Shown one piece after another: positions 32,133 to 44,685 of a stretch of 64,000 nucleotides of DNA. Each line of letters starts with the position of its first letter. Position 1 is the first letter of the stretch. The translations under genes were made by a program, and so were the position numbers. The stretch comes from Macrostomum lignano (Eukaryota): NCBI GenBank assembly GCA_002269645.1, contig NIVC01001968.1, forward strand, positions 1-64,000, read 5' to 3'. The notes beneath the pieces are model-generated. The model was given only the letters and a program-made list of their open reading frames with translations. It did no database searches and was not told the DNA's origin.

Positions 32133-34568
32133 CCCTCTGGAATTTTTTTCTTGGCAAAATATTGCCTCTGGAGATTTTAAATGATGTGTTTCATGAAAAA
32201 AATTGTCATTTCATTTTTCTTTGTTTTAAAACTGTTGGCAATTCAGAGGCGATTTGGTGACAAGTAATTACCAGCAAATAATTGCTGGCAAATACCCATC
32301 AAGCTGCTAGTCATTTTTTACAAGAAAATATTTGTTTTGCATATTAAATGATTAAAAAATGAAATTACAATTGAGAAAACAGACTAAAACAATGAAAAAA
32401 TGCTTGTTAGTAGCATTTAGATTTAGTCGCGAATGAGTGGCAAAAATTCACTACCTACCTGTATCATTTTTTAAATTTTATTAAAATGTAAAATCTATAT
32501 GTACATAATATTGCTATGCGGTTTAAAAAAACATGAGTAAAACTTTTTTGCAAAAAACAGCAAGGGCTTAAAAATATTCCTTTATGTGCACTTTGTTATA
32601 GTTGCAAAAAATAAAAATGGCTGACTTTACATTATCTCACACTGGCTCATAGCAAGCCACTACAAATGCGGGCTCTCTATACATAGTTGGAGCATCTAAA
32701 GGGGCTAAATTTAGTCATTCTTAATATGCCCACTTTTCTTTGCTGGAGTCAATTGGCATACTTCTGAAAATGGGGCTTTTAATTTGTGCTATACCACTAA
32801 AGAGATTTTGCTATCATCAATGTGGATAGGCCTGCCACTTTTCTCTGGCTCAAGTTTTGGTCTATGGCCTATTCTTGTGCTTGTCAATTGTAAGGGACCT
32901 TACCCCTTAGGATTTTTCTTATACACAGGAGTTGGAAACCAGATCTTAAAAAACTGACATCACCTGTATTGGATATGATTTTGGACCTTCAAAGAAGAGT
33001 TCTTCATTCTGCAGAACTGCAGGTTTCATTTAGACAAAACTGTTTTTTGTGATGCTCCTGCTCAGGTCTTTTTACAGTGCATCAAATCTTATATTGGTTA
33101 CTATGGATGTGGCTATTGCAAGCAGAAAGGTGAATATATTCTAAACTGGATCTCCTTTGTTGGACCGCAGGGTGCAGACCATTGGTGGTTGAGTTTTCTA
33201 ACTGTCTGCCTTCAATATTTTTCAGAAAATTGTGCTCATTTTCTGAAATGCAAAACTTTAAGGCTCTTGAATTTTGCACCTTGCTTTTGTGTGCTAGGCC
33301 TTGGATTTTTAATTGCGTCCTTCCCAATAAATATTTTATCCATTTTTTGCACTTTCATTTTGCAATTTATTGTATGTTCTCTGAGAATCTGTTGGTGCAT
33401 TGTGAAGCTGCTAAAGCATGTCTTAGAATTTTTTTGCATGACATTCCTTTGCTCTATGGTATACATACAGTTTCTTATAATGTTCACTGTCTTTTGCATT
33501 TGTCAGAGTATGTTAAACAGCTTGGGTGCTTGGATATGTTTTCATTGTTTCTATTTGAGAATTTTCTAGGGGTTCTTCAGAGACAAATAACTGGCAGGCA
33601 TCATGCATTTAAGCGAGCAATAAACTAGTTGCAAAATATGCAAAGTACTTTAAGTAGCAACTTCACTACATCAAATGTTACTATTTCTTGCCAGTCACAT
33701 AATGACTGTATTTTATTGACTAACAGTTCTGTTGTTAAAGTGATTGGCTACAACAATAGCATTGTTAAAGGGCATGTTTTTTCTTTCACTTGAAATCTGT
33801 ATACTCTTCTGTTTGAGTTGAAACCCCTAGCAATAGGATTTTACCAGATGTTGAGAACCATTGTTTCTAGAAGGCCACTACAGCCTTGCATATGCATTTC
33901 TTAAAAAGGAGAATATCTTGGCATTCCTGTTATTAGCAATTAGCCAATTGCTTGATTTTGTATGGCGTGTATTAACCTTATTATAATCCTTTGTAAAAAA
34001 AATTTTATGCTAAAAAACTGTATACTAGCTAATTATAAACATTACAAGAAGTTGCTATATCTAGTTTTGAGTATCTTATCTAATCATATTTGCTTTTCAT
34101 ATCTAATAAATCCAAAAACTATAGATTTGTCATGCAAAATAAGTTTTAAATGGATAGTTAATGTTGCTAGCAATAAATGATATGTTTTGCAAGATTTTTT
34201 GGCTTATACTTTGTATTTGTAAGTTTTGCATTATTGGGGTTTTATGAAATTGGATGTAAAATGGATTGGATGTGATATAAAATGATATATTTGATATAAA
34301 ATGTTATAAAATGTTATGAAATGTTAAAATGAAATATGCCTTTTAAGTGATCATAATGGGATGCTTTATAGCTTTAAGACCTATAACATGGTTTTTTTAA
34401 TCTGCATTAATTATAAAATAGTAAAATTTATTTCAAGACATATAGCAAAATGCGGCAAATGGCTGGCAAAATTTTACTTTTGGCATGTTGTGGCGAATCA
34501 CTAGCAAAAAATGCAATCAAAAGTTGCTGGCAATTTGCTGGCGCACTAGTGACATTTTTTCCAGAGGG
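32133..34568 (+). mobile_element. Decayed CACTA/EnSpm-like DNA transposon with a transposase pseudogene
   Basis: 10-bp TIRs CCCTCTGGAA / TTCCAGAGGG and subterminal GCTGGCAA-type repeats at both ends. Motifs CDAPAQVFLQCIKSYIGYYGCGYCKQKGEY (from 33048) and YNVHCLLHL...QLGCLDMFSLFLFENFLG (ORF 33182-33628) lie in broken frames. Confidence 0.75.
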
Positions 34569-35075
34569 TAAAGATATAGTGTAATTTGTAAGATGGTAAG
34601 CTAAATTGGATTATAGTCATGTCAGTGACATGATATTTCAGTAACAATTGTTTCAGTGACAAGCAAAAGTCATTTTGGTGACAAGAAAAATACCCCTTGG
34701 TAATAGGCATTTTATTTTTAAACAGTAAATTACCTTGCAAATCTTAATAGATATTGAACCTTAACTTTTTTATAATGTTCTGCAACAGTTAAGTATTGCT
34801 TTTATTAACTTTGTTTATTTATAATCCCAGAATAGCAATCTTTAAAATTTATGTTTTCTAATCCAATTCTAATTGTCTAGGCCTAGTGAATTCTGTGCTT
34901 TTCTTGTAATTGGCATTTCATAAAGATTCTCTATAGGTTTATGGTTTATATCTGAATATTCTAGGATAATTCAAAATGATCTGTACAAAAAAAAGATATA
35001 ATTAGTTTGATTTCTTTTCTTATAAATACTAGTCTTTTAATGGAAATTTTCAATATGACCAAAACAAAATCTTAA

Positions 35076-35919
35076 TCTAATATATCTAAAGTAGCAACCC
35101 CCCCTCCACCGGCCCTGTCTGTCTGTGGGTATGTAACAGGTTATCTCCCAAAAGGCTCAACCGATTTTCTCCGTTTCTTCGCCAAAAGACGTCAAATGTG
35201 CCCGGGACGGTACATGTAATTTTATTAAGCTCTAGCTCAATGCTAAGGGGATTAAATATTCGAAAAACTGTTTTAAATGGCCTTTTTAGTGTATTTTTTT
35301 ATCAGCCTGCGCGCAGCGAGAAACTTCACAGCCAATTTTAATGATTGCGCCAGAGCCAACTGATAAGAAAATTCACTTTGCCCCACTGCCCAGATAATTA
35401 CTCTATTTAACTTGCGTAACCAATTAAGGGGGGGGTATAATAAAAATTCTGGATGCTTCCATCCAATATACTAAAAATCAAAACTATGTACCTACCTATC
35501 TATCTATCTATCTATAGGAACCTTCGTTTAACTTGACTTTGCGTGGTCGGAATTTCGTGGGATTTGCTGCATTCGATGCGTATTGATGGTGCGCTGGTAC
35601 ACAAAATTTTGCTAAGAAATTGCTTCATTTTTTAGGGATTAAATATTCGAAAAAACTTGATTTTTTGGCCCGTTTTTTTAAGTTCAAACAGTTTTTTCCG
35701 ATTGAGAAGCATTCTGACTGCCGATGGAATTGTATTGCATCATAACTCAGTGCCAACTATAGCATTGGTTCTCTACACTCGCGTGGAGAGCTACAAGCGT
35801 TGAAAGGTTGCGCAACACATTTTAGCTATTGAAATTGAGGGGCGGGTGTCGCTATTCAATTTGGCTTGGTTGTTAATTTCAATGCATCAACTTGCAGGCC
35901 TCTCACAATAGCTGGCGCT
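35076..35919 (+). mobile_element. Non-autonomous Helitron-like elements (two 5' ends, at 35076 and 35462)
   Basis: A|TC starts followed by an AT-rich leader and a GTCT/ATCT microsatellite; AGGGATTAAATATTCGAAAAA appears twice. TAAAAATCAAAACT is shared with the element at 42827. Confidence 0.45.
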
Positions 35920-35921
35920 GA

Positions 35922-37949
35922 ATGTACACCTTAAGCAAACAACTCGCTTGCGGGTTGTTCGTTGACTTCGAAGGAGCATTTGACAATGTCCTCTTCCGCT
36001 CCTTCAGAAATTCTCTTTCCCGCAGGAATGTAAGACACAGCATTGTTCGCTGGATTTATTTTATGATCCGCAAAAGGTTTGTGACATCCACACTTATGGG
36101 CGTTACCCTCACCCGGGCGGTGATGAAAGGCGGCCCGCAAGGTGGCGTGCTAACTCCACTTCTCTGGAATCTCGTCATGGACGAACTTCTAACCGCTGAC
36201 ATTCCCAGCAGTATCACCAGGGCGGGCTACGCCGATGACGTTGCCGCGGTCGTCAGCGGACCCGACCCCGCCACTCTGCGCAACCTGATGCAGCAATTCG
36301 CCGACAAGGCGGCCGACTGGGCTACACAGCATGGCCTAAAAATCAGCGTCACTAAGACTGTCGCTGTCGTTTTCACCAAGCGCCGTAAGTGGGAGATGAA
36401 AAACCTCACTGTCTATGGCAGAAACATCCCCTTCAAGAAGGAGGTCAAATACCTCGGTGTGACGCTAACGCATGACCTGCGCTGGACGAAGCACCTTGAT
36501 AACGTCATCGGTCGGGCAAAACGCTGCTTTGCCCAGCTGCGCAGAGCCATCGGGCCGACTTGGGGCCTCTCGCCTAGAACGGTCCGTTGGATTTATACCG
36601 GCATCATCCGGCCCAGTATCACATACGCGAGTCTCATCTGGACTAGCGTGCTGGAACAGAAGGCCGCCCGTCAGCGGCTGTACCAGCTTCAGGGCAGCAT
36701 TTGCCGTGCCATCACAGGTGCGTACCCGTCCACCCCTTACGAGGGGCTGAACACTATCCTTAACCTACCTCCGCTTCACCTATTTATTAGGGCGGAGGCT
36801 ATGAAGTCTGCCTCCCGGCTTATCAGAGATAAAACGTTAAATAACGCGCCCTCTGGCTTTATGCCAATGAAAACATTAATCCCGCATATGGACTTTGTCC
36901 GCCGCGACCTCAACAACATCCACATGGACCTGGGCAATGTGGATAGTCGACCTCCCGCCCTCAACATCAGGAGGGGCTTCAAGACCGCCATCCCTGGCCG
37001 AGACAACATTCCGCTGGATGTCGGTGTGAACCGGCGCAGCCAGGGCATTCACTGCTTCACCGACGGCTCGCTGTTCAACGGCCGCGCTGGAGCGGGTATT
37101 GCCATTTTCCACGAGGGTAAGATGCTTCTCCAGGAAAGTCTGCACCTCGGTGAGAACACCTCAGTTTTCCAAGCTGAAATTTGCGCCATTGAGCAGTGTG
37201 CCCAGCAACTGTTTCAGGCGAACATTAATAATTTTGACATTAATTTCTACACTGATAGCCAAGCTGCTATTAAGGCCTTAACCACTGAGAATATCTCCGC
37301 TGCTACAGTATCTCAATGCCACCGCAGTGTGCAATCTCTCTCAGTCCTTAACAGGATTAGAATTATCTGGACACCTGGTCACAGCAACATCCTGGGCAAC
37401 GAGCTCGCGGACTCTCTCGCCAAGGAGGGCAGCAACCCAGACGGCAACCACCGTCTGATGAGGCTACCCACCCCCAGGTCGCAAGTCACCCGCCATATCA
37501 ACAGGTGGCTCCATCAGCAGCACCAGCTCCACTGGAACAGCTGCACCGAGTACAGGCAGAGCCGCTCTGCCATGCCTAACCTGAACAGGAAAGTCTCTGA
37601 TTATCTGATTTCGCTTAACAGAACCGACCTCAGGGAGATGTGCATGGTCCTAACCGGCCACGGATTCTTCCAGAGACATATATCGTTGCAAACCGGTTGC
37701 CCTCCCACCTGTCCCTTCTGTGGCATAGGAGAGGAGACCGCGGAGCATCACGTCACCTTCTGCCCTTACTTCAACAAGGCGCGGCACAAATACCTCGGCC
37801 ACCCCCAGCGGATGGACGAGCTGACCACCGCGGACAATATCCGAGACCTCCGCGCCTTCGTCCGGGACTCCGGCCGGATGAGGGTCGCCGATGCCTCCAC
37901 TGCGGACCTGCCGACTACTGGCGGGGACTGGGCGCACCCCCAAGGCTAA
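35922..37949 (+). CDS. pol: Partial reverse transcriptase + RNase H + C-terminal zinc-finger-like ORF
   Basis: [32 protein letters not shown]; RNase [26 protein letters not shown]; CPFC...ETAEH....CP. Endonuclease and the first RT subdomains are absent. Confidence 0.93.
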   Translation: MYTLSKQLACGLFVDFEGAFDNVLFRSFRNSLSRRNVRHSIVRWIYFMIRKRFVTSTLMGVTLTRAVMKGGPQGGVLTPLLWNLVMDELLTADIPSSITRAGYADDVAAVVSGPDPATLRNLMQQFADKAADWATQHGLKISVTKTVAVVFTKRRKWEMKNLTVYGRNIPFKKEVKYLGVTLTHDLRWTKHLDNVIGRAKRCFAQLRRAIGPTWGLSPRTVRWIYTGIIRPSITYASLIWTSVLEQKAARQRLYQLQGSICRAITGAYPSTPYEGLNTILNLPPLHLFIRAEAMKSASRLIRDKTLNNAPSGFMPMKTLIPHMDFVRRDLNNIHMDLGNVDSRPPALNIRRGFKTAIPGRDNIPLDVGVNRRSQGIHCFTDGSLFNGRAGAGIAIFHEGKMLLQESLHLGENTSVFQAEICAIEQCAQQLFQANINNFDINFYTDSQAAIKALTTENISAATVSQCHRSVQSLSVLNRIRIIWTPGHSNILGNELADSLAKEGSNPDGNHRLMRLPTPRSQVTRHINRWLHQQHQLHWNSCTEYRQSRSAMPNLNRKVSDYLISLNRTDLREMCMVLTGHGFFQRHISLQTGCPPTCPFCGIGEETAEHHVTFCPYFNKARHKYLGHPQRMDELTTADNIRDLRAFVRDSGRMRVADASTADLPTTGGDWAHPQG

Positions 37950-38040
37950 TCCTTGTGCTCTTTTACCTTGGGGTTGCGATAGGGGCCTCGCGGCCTATTC
38001 GCGGCGCCTGCGCCCCCCGTCAGTAGTAAGTAGTAAGTAA
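35934..38040 (+). mobile_element. 5'-truncated non-LTR retrotransposon (RNase H-bearing, I/R1/LOA group) with a 14-bp TSD
   Basis: TSD GAATGTACACCTTA at 35920-35933 and 38041-38054; 3' tail AGTAGTAAGTAGTAAGTAA; uninterrupted ORF. Confidence 0.92.
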
Positions 38041-38481
38041 GAATGTACACCTTATGAAGTTGAATGCTTTAAAGCAGGAATGTTGAATCGTTGTTTGTGC
38101 TTCGAGTTTTTCACTTTCAGAAGAGAGCCTTGTATTGCTGAAAAGAGCTAGGAACGCTGAGTTCGGGAATATAATTCATTTGCTGAGATTCGAAAAATGA
38201 AAAACACAGCATTAAAAAGAAAATTTCTATACTTTTTACTTTAAATGCTCATTGTACATCTCCAGTATCGCAAACCCCTACTTTATCACAACTCCACAAT
38301 TCAAGCCAGCGCCATTTGATTTAGATTTAGATTGCGCAACCATATTGTTGACTTTAATAAATGATATTGCCTGCCTGAGAAATTGATTATGTCATAACTT
38401 GCTTCGAGTGATTTCTATTCTATGCTTGGAGTTTTCAGTGTTGAATTATATATATAAGTGCTACAATTCATGTTATCAAAA

Positions 38482-38542
38482 CGATGAGTTAGCCTAGAGG
38501 TGAACAGACTGAACTGCTAATGCAGCGACGTGGGTTCGAATT
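38482..38542 (+). pseudogene. tRNA-like fragment (Ser-like) or SINE head
   Basis: A-box-like TAGCCTAGAGG, anticodon-loop-like CTGCTAA and B-box-like GGTTCGAAT; the 3' acceptor stem is absent. Confidence 0.3.
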
Positions 38543-38718
38543 TTTAGAGTAAAAGTTTTTTATTAAAAAATTTTAACTTGAAAAAAACGTCCGGTAAATC
38601 AGGTAAAAGAGAAGAAGCTACGAGCGTTCATGTAGTATATTCAAATTTTTTATTAAACTTTGAATTTTGAAAAGGATTATTGCACTAGATAAGAAACTAC
38701 ATGGAATTATTGTACTAG

Positions 38719-41700
38719 CTGAGTAAATTGTTTCACTGTCTTGCTTGGGTTACTTTCTATCAGGGGATGCTTGCTATCAAAAGGACGCTTGCTCTTAGGG
38801 CATGCTTGATTGGGTGAGATCGCTAAGATGTCAAGACATACTGGGGAATTATTCAGATATGCAGGCTTACTGGGGAATTACTGAGATGTCAAGCCTTAAA
38901 GGGACTTGCTGAGATGCCAAGGAAATTGCTGAGGTTTAAAGGCGTGGGGGAATTTCTGAGAGATGTCAGGCATTTGGACGGGGAGAAATTTCTAAGTTGT
39001 GAAGACTTACTGAGAAAATCACTGAGCCTTGACACCTCAGTTAATTCTCTCTTAAGCTTTGACATCTCAGCAATTCGCTCTCAAGGCTGAAGAGGGACTT
39101 TCTGAGATGCCAAGGCTTGGTGGGGGGATTGCTGAGATGTTAAGGCTTGGGGGGATTTCTGAGATATAAAGGCTTAATGGGGGAACTGCTGGCGTGGGGG
39201 GGATTTCTAAAATGTCAAGGCTTGGGGGAATCGCTGAGATGTTAGGTTTTGGACGGGGAGAAATTGCTAAGATGTCAAGACTTACTGAGAAAATCACTGA
39301 GCCTTGACACCTCAGTTAATTCTCTCTTAAGCTTTGACATCTCAGCAATTCGCTCTAAAGGCTGAAGAGGGACTTTCTGAGATGCCAAGGCTTGGTGGGG
39401 GGATTGCTGAGATGTTAAGGCTTGGGGGGAATTTCTGAGATATAAAGGCTTAATGGGGGAACTGCTGGCGTGGGGGGGAATATCTAAAATGTCAAGGCTT
39501 GGGGGAATCGCTGAGATGTTAGGTTTTGGACGGGGATAAATTGCTAAGATGTCAAGACTTACTGGGGGAATCACTGAGATATAAAGGCTTACTTGGAGGA
39601 CTGCTGAGATGCCAAGGCTTACTGGGGGAATCACTGAGATATAAAGGCTTACTTGGAGGACTGCTGATATAAAGGCTTACTTGGAGGACTGCTGAGATGT
39701 CAAGTCTTGGCGGGGGAATTCCTAAAATTTCAAGTCTTGAGAGCGAATTGCTGAGATGTCAAAGCTCAAGATAGAATTACTGAGGTCTCTAGGCTTGGGG
39801 GGAATTGTTGAGATGTCAAGTCTTGGAGGGGAATTCTGTGGATTGGGGATTCCTTCCATGAGGGCTGCTTCTAATGGATATCTTTAGATAGGTGATTCAT
39901 TGGGAAATTACATCGATGGGGGGTTCTTTCGATGGAGGTTTCTTTGAATGGGGGATTCTATAGATGAAAGATTATTTCGATAAAGGGATCCTTTGAATAT
40001 GATGGGATTGTTTGGACGGGGATTCTTTAGATGAGGGGATTCTTTAGCCCAGGATTTTATTGATGGGGGATTATTTGGATGGGGGATTCTTTGGATTCTT
40101 TGGATGGAGATTATTTGGAGTATGATTCTTTGGATTATTTGGACGGGGTTCTTTAGATGAGGGGACCCTTTGGCCAATGATTTTTTTGATGGAGGTTTAT
40201 TGAGATGAGTGTATCTTTGCATTATTTTGATCGGGATTCTGTGGATGGGGATTATTTGGATTGGGATTCTTTGGAGGGGGATTTTTTGGATATGGATGGA
40301 GGTCGGGGATTCTTTGGATATGAATCGATGGGGTGATTCTTTGTATAGGGATGGATGTGGGGATAGGGATAGATCGGGGGGATAGGGATGGATCGGGGGG
40401 ATAGGGATGGATGTGGGGATAGGGATGGATGGGGGGATAGGGATGGATCGGGGGGTTCTTTGGATATGGATGGATGGGGGGATAGGGATGGATCGGGGGA
40501 TTCTTTGGATAGGGATGGATGGGGGGATTCTCTGGATAGGGATGGATGGGGGGATTCTTTGGATAGGGATGGATGGGGGATATGGATGGATCGGGGGAAT
40601 TCTTTGGATAGGGATGGATGGGGGATTCTTTGGATAGGGATGGATGGGGGATTCTTTGGATAGGGATGGATGGGGGATTCTTTGGATATGGATGGATGGG
40701 GGATTCTTTGGATATGGATGGATGGGGGGTTCTTTGGATATGGATGGATGGGGGATATGGATGGATGGGGGATTCTTTGGATATGGATGGATGGGGGATT
40801 CTTTGGATATGGATGGATGGGGGATTCTTTGGATATGGATGGATGGGGGGATTCTTTGGATATGGATGGATGGGGGGATTCTTTGGATATGGATGGATGG
40901 GGGATTCTTTGGATATGGATGGATGGGGGATTCTTTGGATATGGATGGATGGGGGATTCTTTGGATATGGATGGATGGGGGGGATTCTTTGGATAGGGGA
41001 TTCTGTCGATGGGGGATTCATTGGAAGGGGAATTCTTCGGATCGGGGATTCTATCAATGGGGGTTCTTTGGATGGGGATTCTCTGCATGTAATATTCTAT
41101 GGATGGGCAATTTTTCAGATAGGAGGAAGGAGGATTCATTTAATGGGGAATTCTTCGGATCGGGGATTCTATCGATGGGAGGTTTTTTGGATGGGGGCTT
41201 TTTGCATGTGAGATTCTTTGTATCGTGGATTCTATGGGTGGTGGATTCTTTGAATGGGGGATTCTTTAAATTTGAGATTCAGTTGGGTGAAATTTTATTG
41301 CGTGGGAAAACTGTGGTTGGAGTTTGGACGGAAAGCCCCCACGGGGGTTGGAATTGGCTAGCTGAAGAAATTGTTTCACTAATCTTGGTGGGGGTACTTT
41401 CTATCAGGGGATGCTTGCTTGGAAGAGAATTCTAAGATTTCAAGATTTACAGGGGGATTTATTGAAATGCACGTATAAAATATTACCTACTGGAATTAAT
41501 GAGATGTGAAGGCTTAAGAGGGACTTGCTGAGATGCAAGGCTTAAGAGGGACTTGCTGAGATGCAAGGCTTAAGAGGGACTTGCTGAGATGCAAGGCTTG
41601 TGGGGGAGAATCGCTGAGATTTCAAGGCTTCGGAGGGGGAGAAATTGGTAAGATGTCAAGGCTTGGGGGAATTTTCTGAGGTGTCGAGGCTTGGGGGAAT

Positions 41701-42448
41701 TGCTGAGATGTTAATTTTGGGGGGAATTCTATGGATTGATGATTCTTTGGATGAGGGATGCTTCTAATGGATATCTTTGGATAGGTGATTCATTAGGTAA
41801 TTCCTTTGATGGGGCATTGTTTCGATGGAGGGTTTTTCGAACGGTTGATTCTTTAGATGAAGGATTCGTTAGATGGGGGTTATTTGGAGGGGATTCTTTA
41901 GATGAGGGGATTCTTTGGCCGAGAATTCTATTAATAGGGGGTTTATTTGGATGGGAGATTCTTTGGATTCGTTGGATGGGGATTATTCGGACGGGATTCT
42001 TTAGATGAGGGAATTCTTTGGCCAATTATTTCTTTGATGGCGGATTATTTAGATGGGAGATCTATGGTTTATTTAGATGGGGATTATGATGTGAATTATT
42101 TGGATGGGGATTTACTGGGGGGATTCTTTGGATTTGGATGGATGGGGGATTCTTTGGATAGGGATGGATGGAGGATTCTTTATATTTGGATTCTGTGGAT
42201 GAAGGATTCTTTGGATGGAGATTCTGTGGATGAGGGATTCTTTGGGTGGGGATTCTTTAGATAGGGGGCTTTTGTAGATCGGGGATTTCTTGAGTAGGGG
42301 ATTCACTGAATGGGGAATTATTCGGATCGGTGATTCTATCGATGGGGGTTCTTTGGATGGGGATTCTTTGCATCGGGGATTTTGGGGATGGAAAAAACTG
42401 TGGTTGGAGTTTGGACGGAAAGCCCCAACGGGGGTTGGGATTGGCTAG
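38719..42448 (+). repeat. Two diverged head-to-tail composite units (38719-41361, 41362-42448) with internal G-rich satellites and hairpin+CTAG ends
   Basis: Shared blocks AAATTGTTTCACT...CTTTCTATCAGGGGATGCTTGCT, GCTGAGATGTCAAGGCTT repeats, GGATTCTTTGGAT repeats, and the terminal GGAGTTTGGACGGAAAGCCCC.ACGGGGGTTGG.ATTGGCTAG. Confidence 0.8.
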
Positions 42449-42826
42449 TAAAATAACTATAAGCTCATATTATAAAGCACCTCTTGTTATTAAAATAACT
42501 ATACTCATAAAATATTTAATTTTTTATCAAAAATAGTATTTCTATAATAGAAGCAACTTGCTACTTATTTGTCACTAAAATGTTTGTCACCAAACATTTG
42601 TCACTAAAAGAATGAGTACCTAGCAAAATTTTATTTTTGTCAAACTAAACTTAAACTTTTATTAAAAATAGTACTTTAAATGAAAATAATATGCAACTTA
42701 TAAGAGTAATGAAAGTAAAGCAAAAATTTTGAGAAAAAAATCAATACAATAATTTTGAATATTAATTTTAGATATAATAAAACTCTCTTGTTTTTAGAAG
42801 AATAAAAAGTAGGCCTAGACATAAGA

Positions 42827-43010
42827 TCTATCTCTACATATAAAAATCAAAACTCTGTCTGTGTGTCTGTGGACAATTTTGATCGCTATGGCGATGCGAT
42901 GCAATGAAATACAATGGGCTAGGGCCTACTAAATTAGGCACACCATGGAAATTTTAGGTTTCATTTAAAGGTACTGTGTAAATTTTGAATGGCCTTCTAA
43001 GAAATGCATA
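42827..43010 (+). mobile_element. Helitron-like 5' end fragment
   Basis: A|TCTATCTCTACATATAAAAATCAAAACTCTGTCTGTGTGTCTGT, the same leader as 35462. Confidence 0.45.
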
Positions 43011-43199
43011 TTTCCTTGGTTGTTAGACTGCAGACTGATGCAGACTGCAATGGAGCTGAAGATACACAAATTCCTTTCAGGGCTACAAATTGGCAAGAAG
43101 GATGATGTGATCAAAGCATAAGAACAACCATGAGAGTACTACGTCCTACAAACTGGCTTGCTAAGCAGGGATAGGCAGAATTTTACCTCAAAGGCCAGA

Positions 43200-44135
43200 T
43201 AAAGAATCCAGCTCATGGCTGAGAGACAGATGAGAGTGGAAAGAAGAAGGAATAGACGATTTGAAGAGAAGAGAAGCGAAAGAGGGGATAAAAGAAAAAA
43301 TAAAAGATAATAGGAGAGATGAGGGAGTGAGGACGATGAAAGAGAGAGGGGAAGAGGGGAGAGAGGAAAAGTGAGAGGAGAGAGTAGAGATGAGAGAGCA
43401 TAGAGCTACAGATGAGAAGAGAGAGGAGACAGCAGAGAGGAGAGCAGAGAGGAAAGATGTGAAAGAAGAGATTGAGAGAATAAAGGGAAGAGAGAAGAGA
43501 TAAAGATACATTTCTACATCTCTAAGGTTGTAGATATGAGAAAGATGGAAGGAGAGATAAGAAGTGAGAGATAAAAGATAAAGGAAAGAAGAGAGGGAGA
43601 GAGAGTATAGAAAAGGGAAGAGAAGAGAAAACAAGAAAAGAGAAAGGAAATTGAGAAGTCAAAAGAGGGGAAAAAAGAACAGAAGAAGGAGGTGAGAGAA
43701 CATATAAGACAGAGATGCCAGATTAAAGAGGGGGATGAGAGAGCAGAGATGAGAATGAACAGATGAAAGATGGGAGGGTACAGAGAACAAAGGAGAGATA
43801 AGACTATAAGAGAGAAGAGATTATAGAGATGAGAGGAGACACAAATATAGAGAGAGAGGAGAAGAGAGAGAAAAGAAGAAACAAAAGATGAGATAAGAGA
43901 AGAGATTACAAAGATGAGAGGAGAGAGGAGAGACAAATGTAGAGAGGAAAGAGGAGAGAAGAGAGAAAAGAAGAGACAAAAGATGAGTTAAGAGAGATGA
44001 AAGAGAAGAGGGATGAGGGAAGATATGAGAGAAGAGAGGAGAGAGGAGAGATGAGAGACGAGAGAGAAGAAAAGAAACAGAAAAGACGATAGAAATTTTA
44101 AAGGATCTAAGGGACATAGGGAAAGTCAGGGAGAG
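43200..44135. repeat. Purine-rich (GA) low-complexity tract
   Basis: About 0.9 kb dominated by G and A on the + strand; it produces artefactual Leu/Ser/Phe ORFs on -. Confidence 0.9.
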
Positions 44136-44685
44136 GCCAGAGTTTGCCAATACATGTTTTAGAGTCAGACAGACATTGCAGGCCTGACATTCTGCAGAGT
44201 ACCCCAGCCAACAATGTTTGTCTTAAATCCTAATTTTACATCAATGTGCTCCATTTTATGTCTACCTCTATCCTATTAACTATTAATAAGTTTTTGTTTA
44301 TGTATGGCCTTAGATTTCAGAATTCATGCAAAAGTAGTTCTTGGGATTGGAATTCCATGGGTTCAAAATCCGTGGGTTTCAACAGCTTGTTTATAAATAT
44401 AAAAATAAATTCATTTTTGACATTTTCCTTTTATTACATTGGTATAAAAAATTAGGAAATCCTATATAATTTTACTTTCAACCAAGTAAATACCTTGTAC
44501 CTTACCTACACACTTTCAAATTTCAATGCCAACTAAATTCCAAGCTTAGATTCAAATGCACTCTTATTCTTAATCTTATTTATGTTTTAATGTGTCAATG
44601 GCAGTAACACTGGCAGTAACTCCCACCAAGTCCTAGAGGTGTAATTAGTATGCATAACAAAGGGCCTCTCAACTTAAGCTCATAA

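Noticed and set aside
38482-38542. Functional tRNA-Ser gene
   Set aside because: It lacks the 3' acceptor stem and the end of the B box, so it is kept only as a low-confidence fragment.
39067-44150. Pro/Ile-rich, Gly/Trp-rich and Leu/Ser/Phe-rich ORFs
   Set aside because: They are translations of G-rich satellites and the GA tract, open in several frames on both strands.
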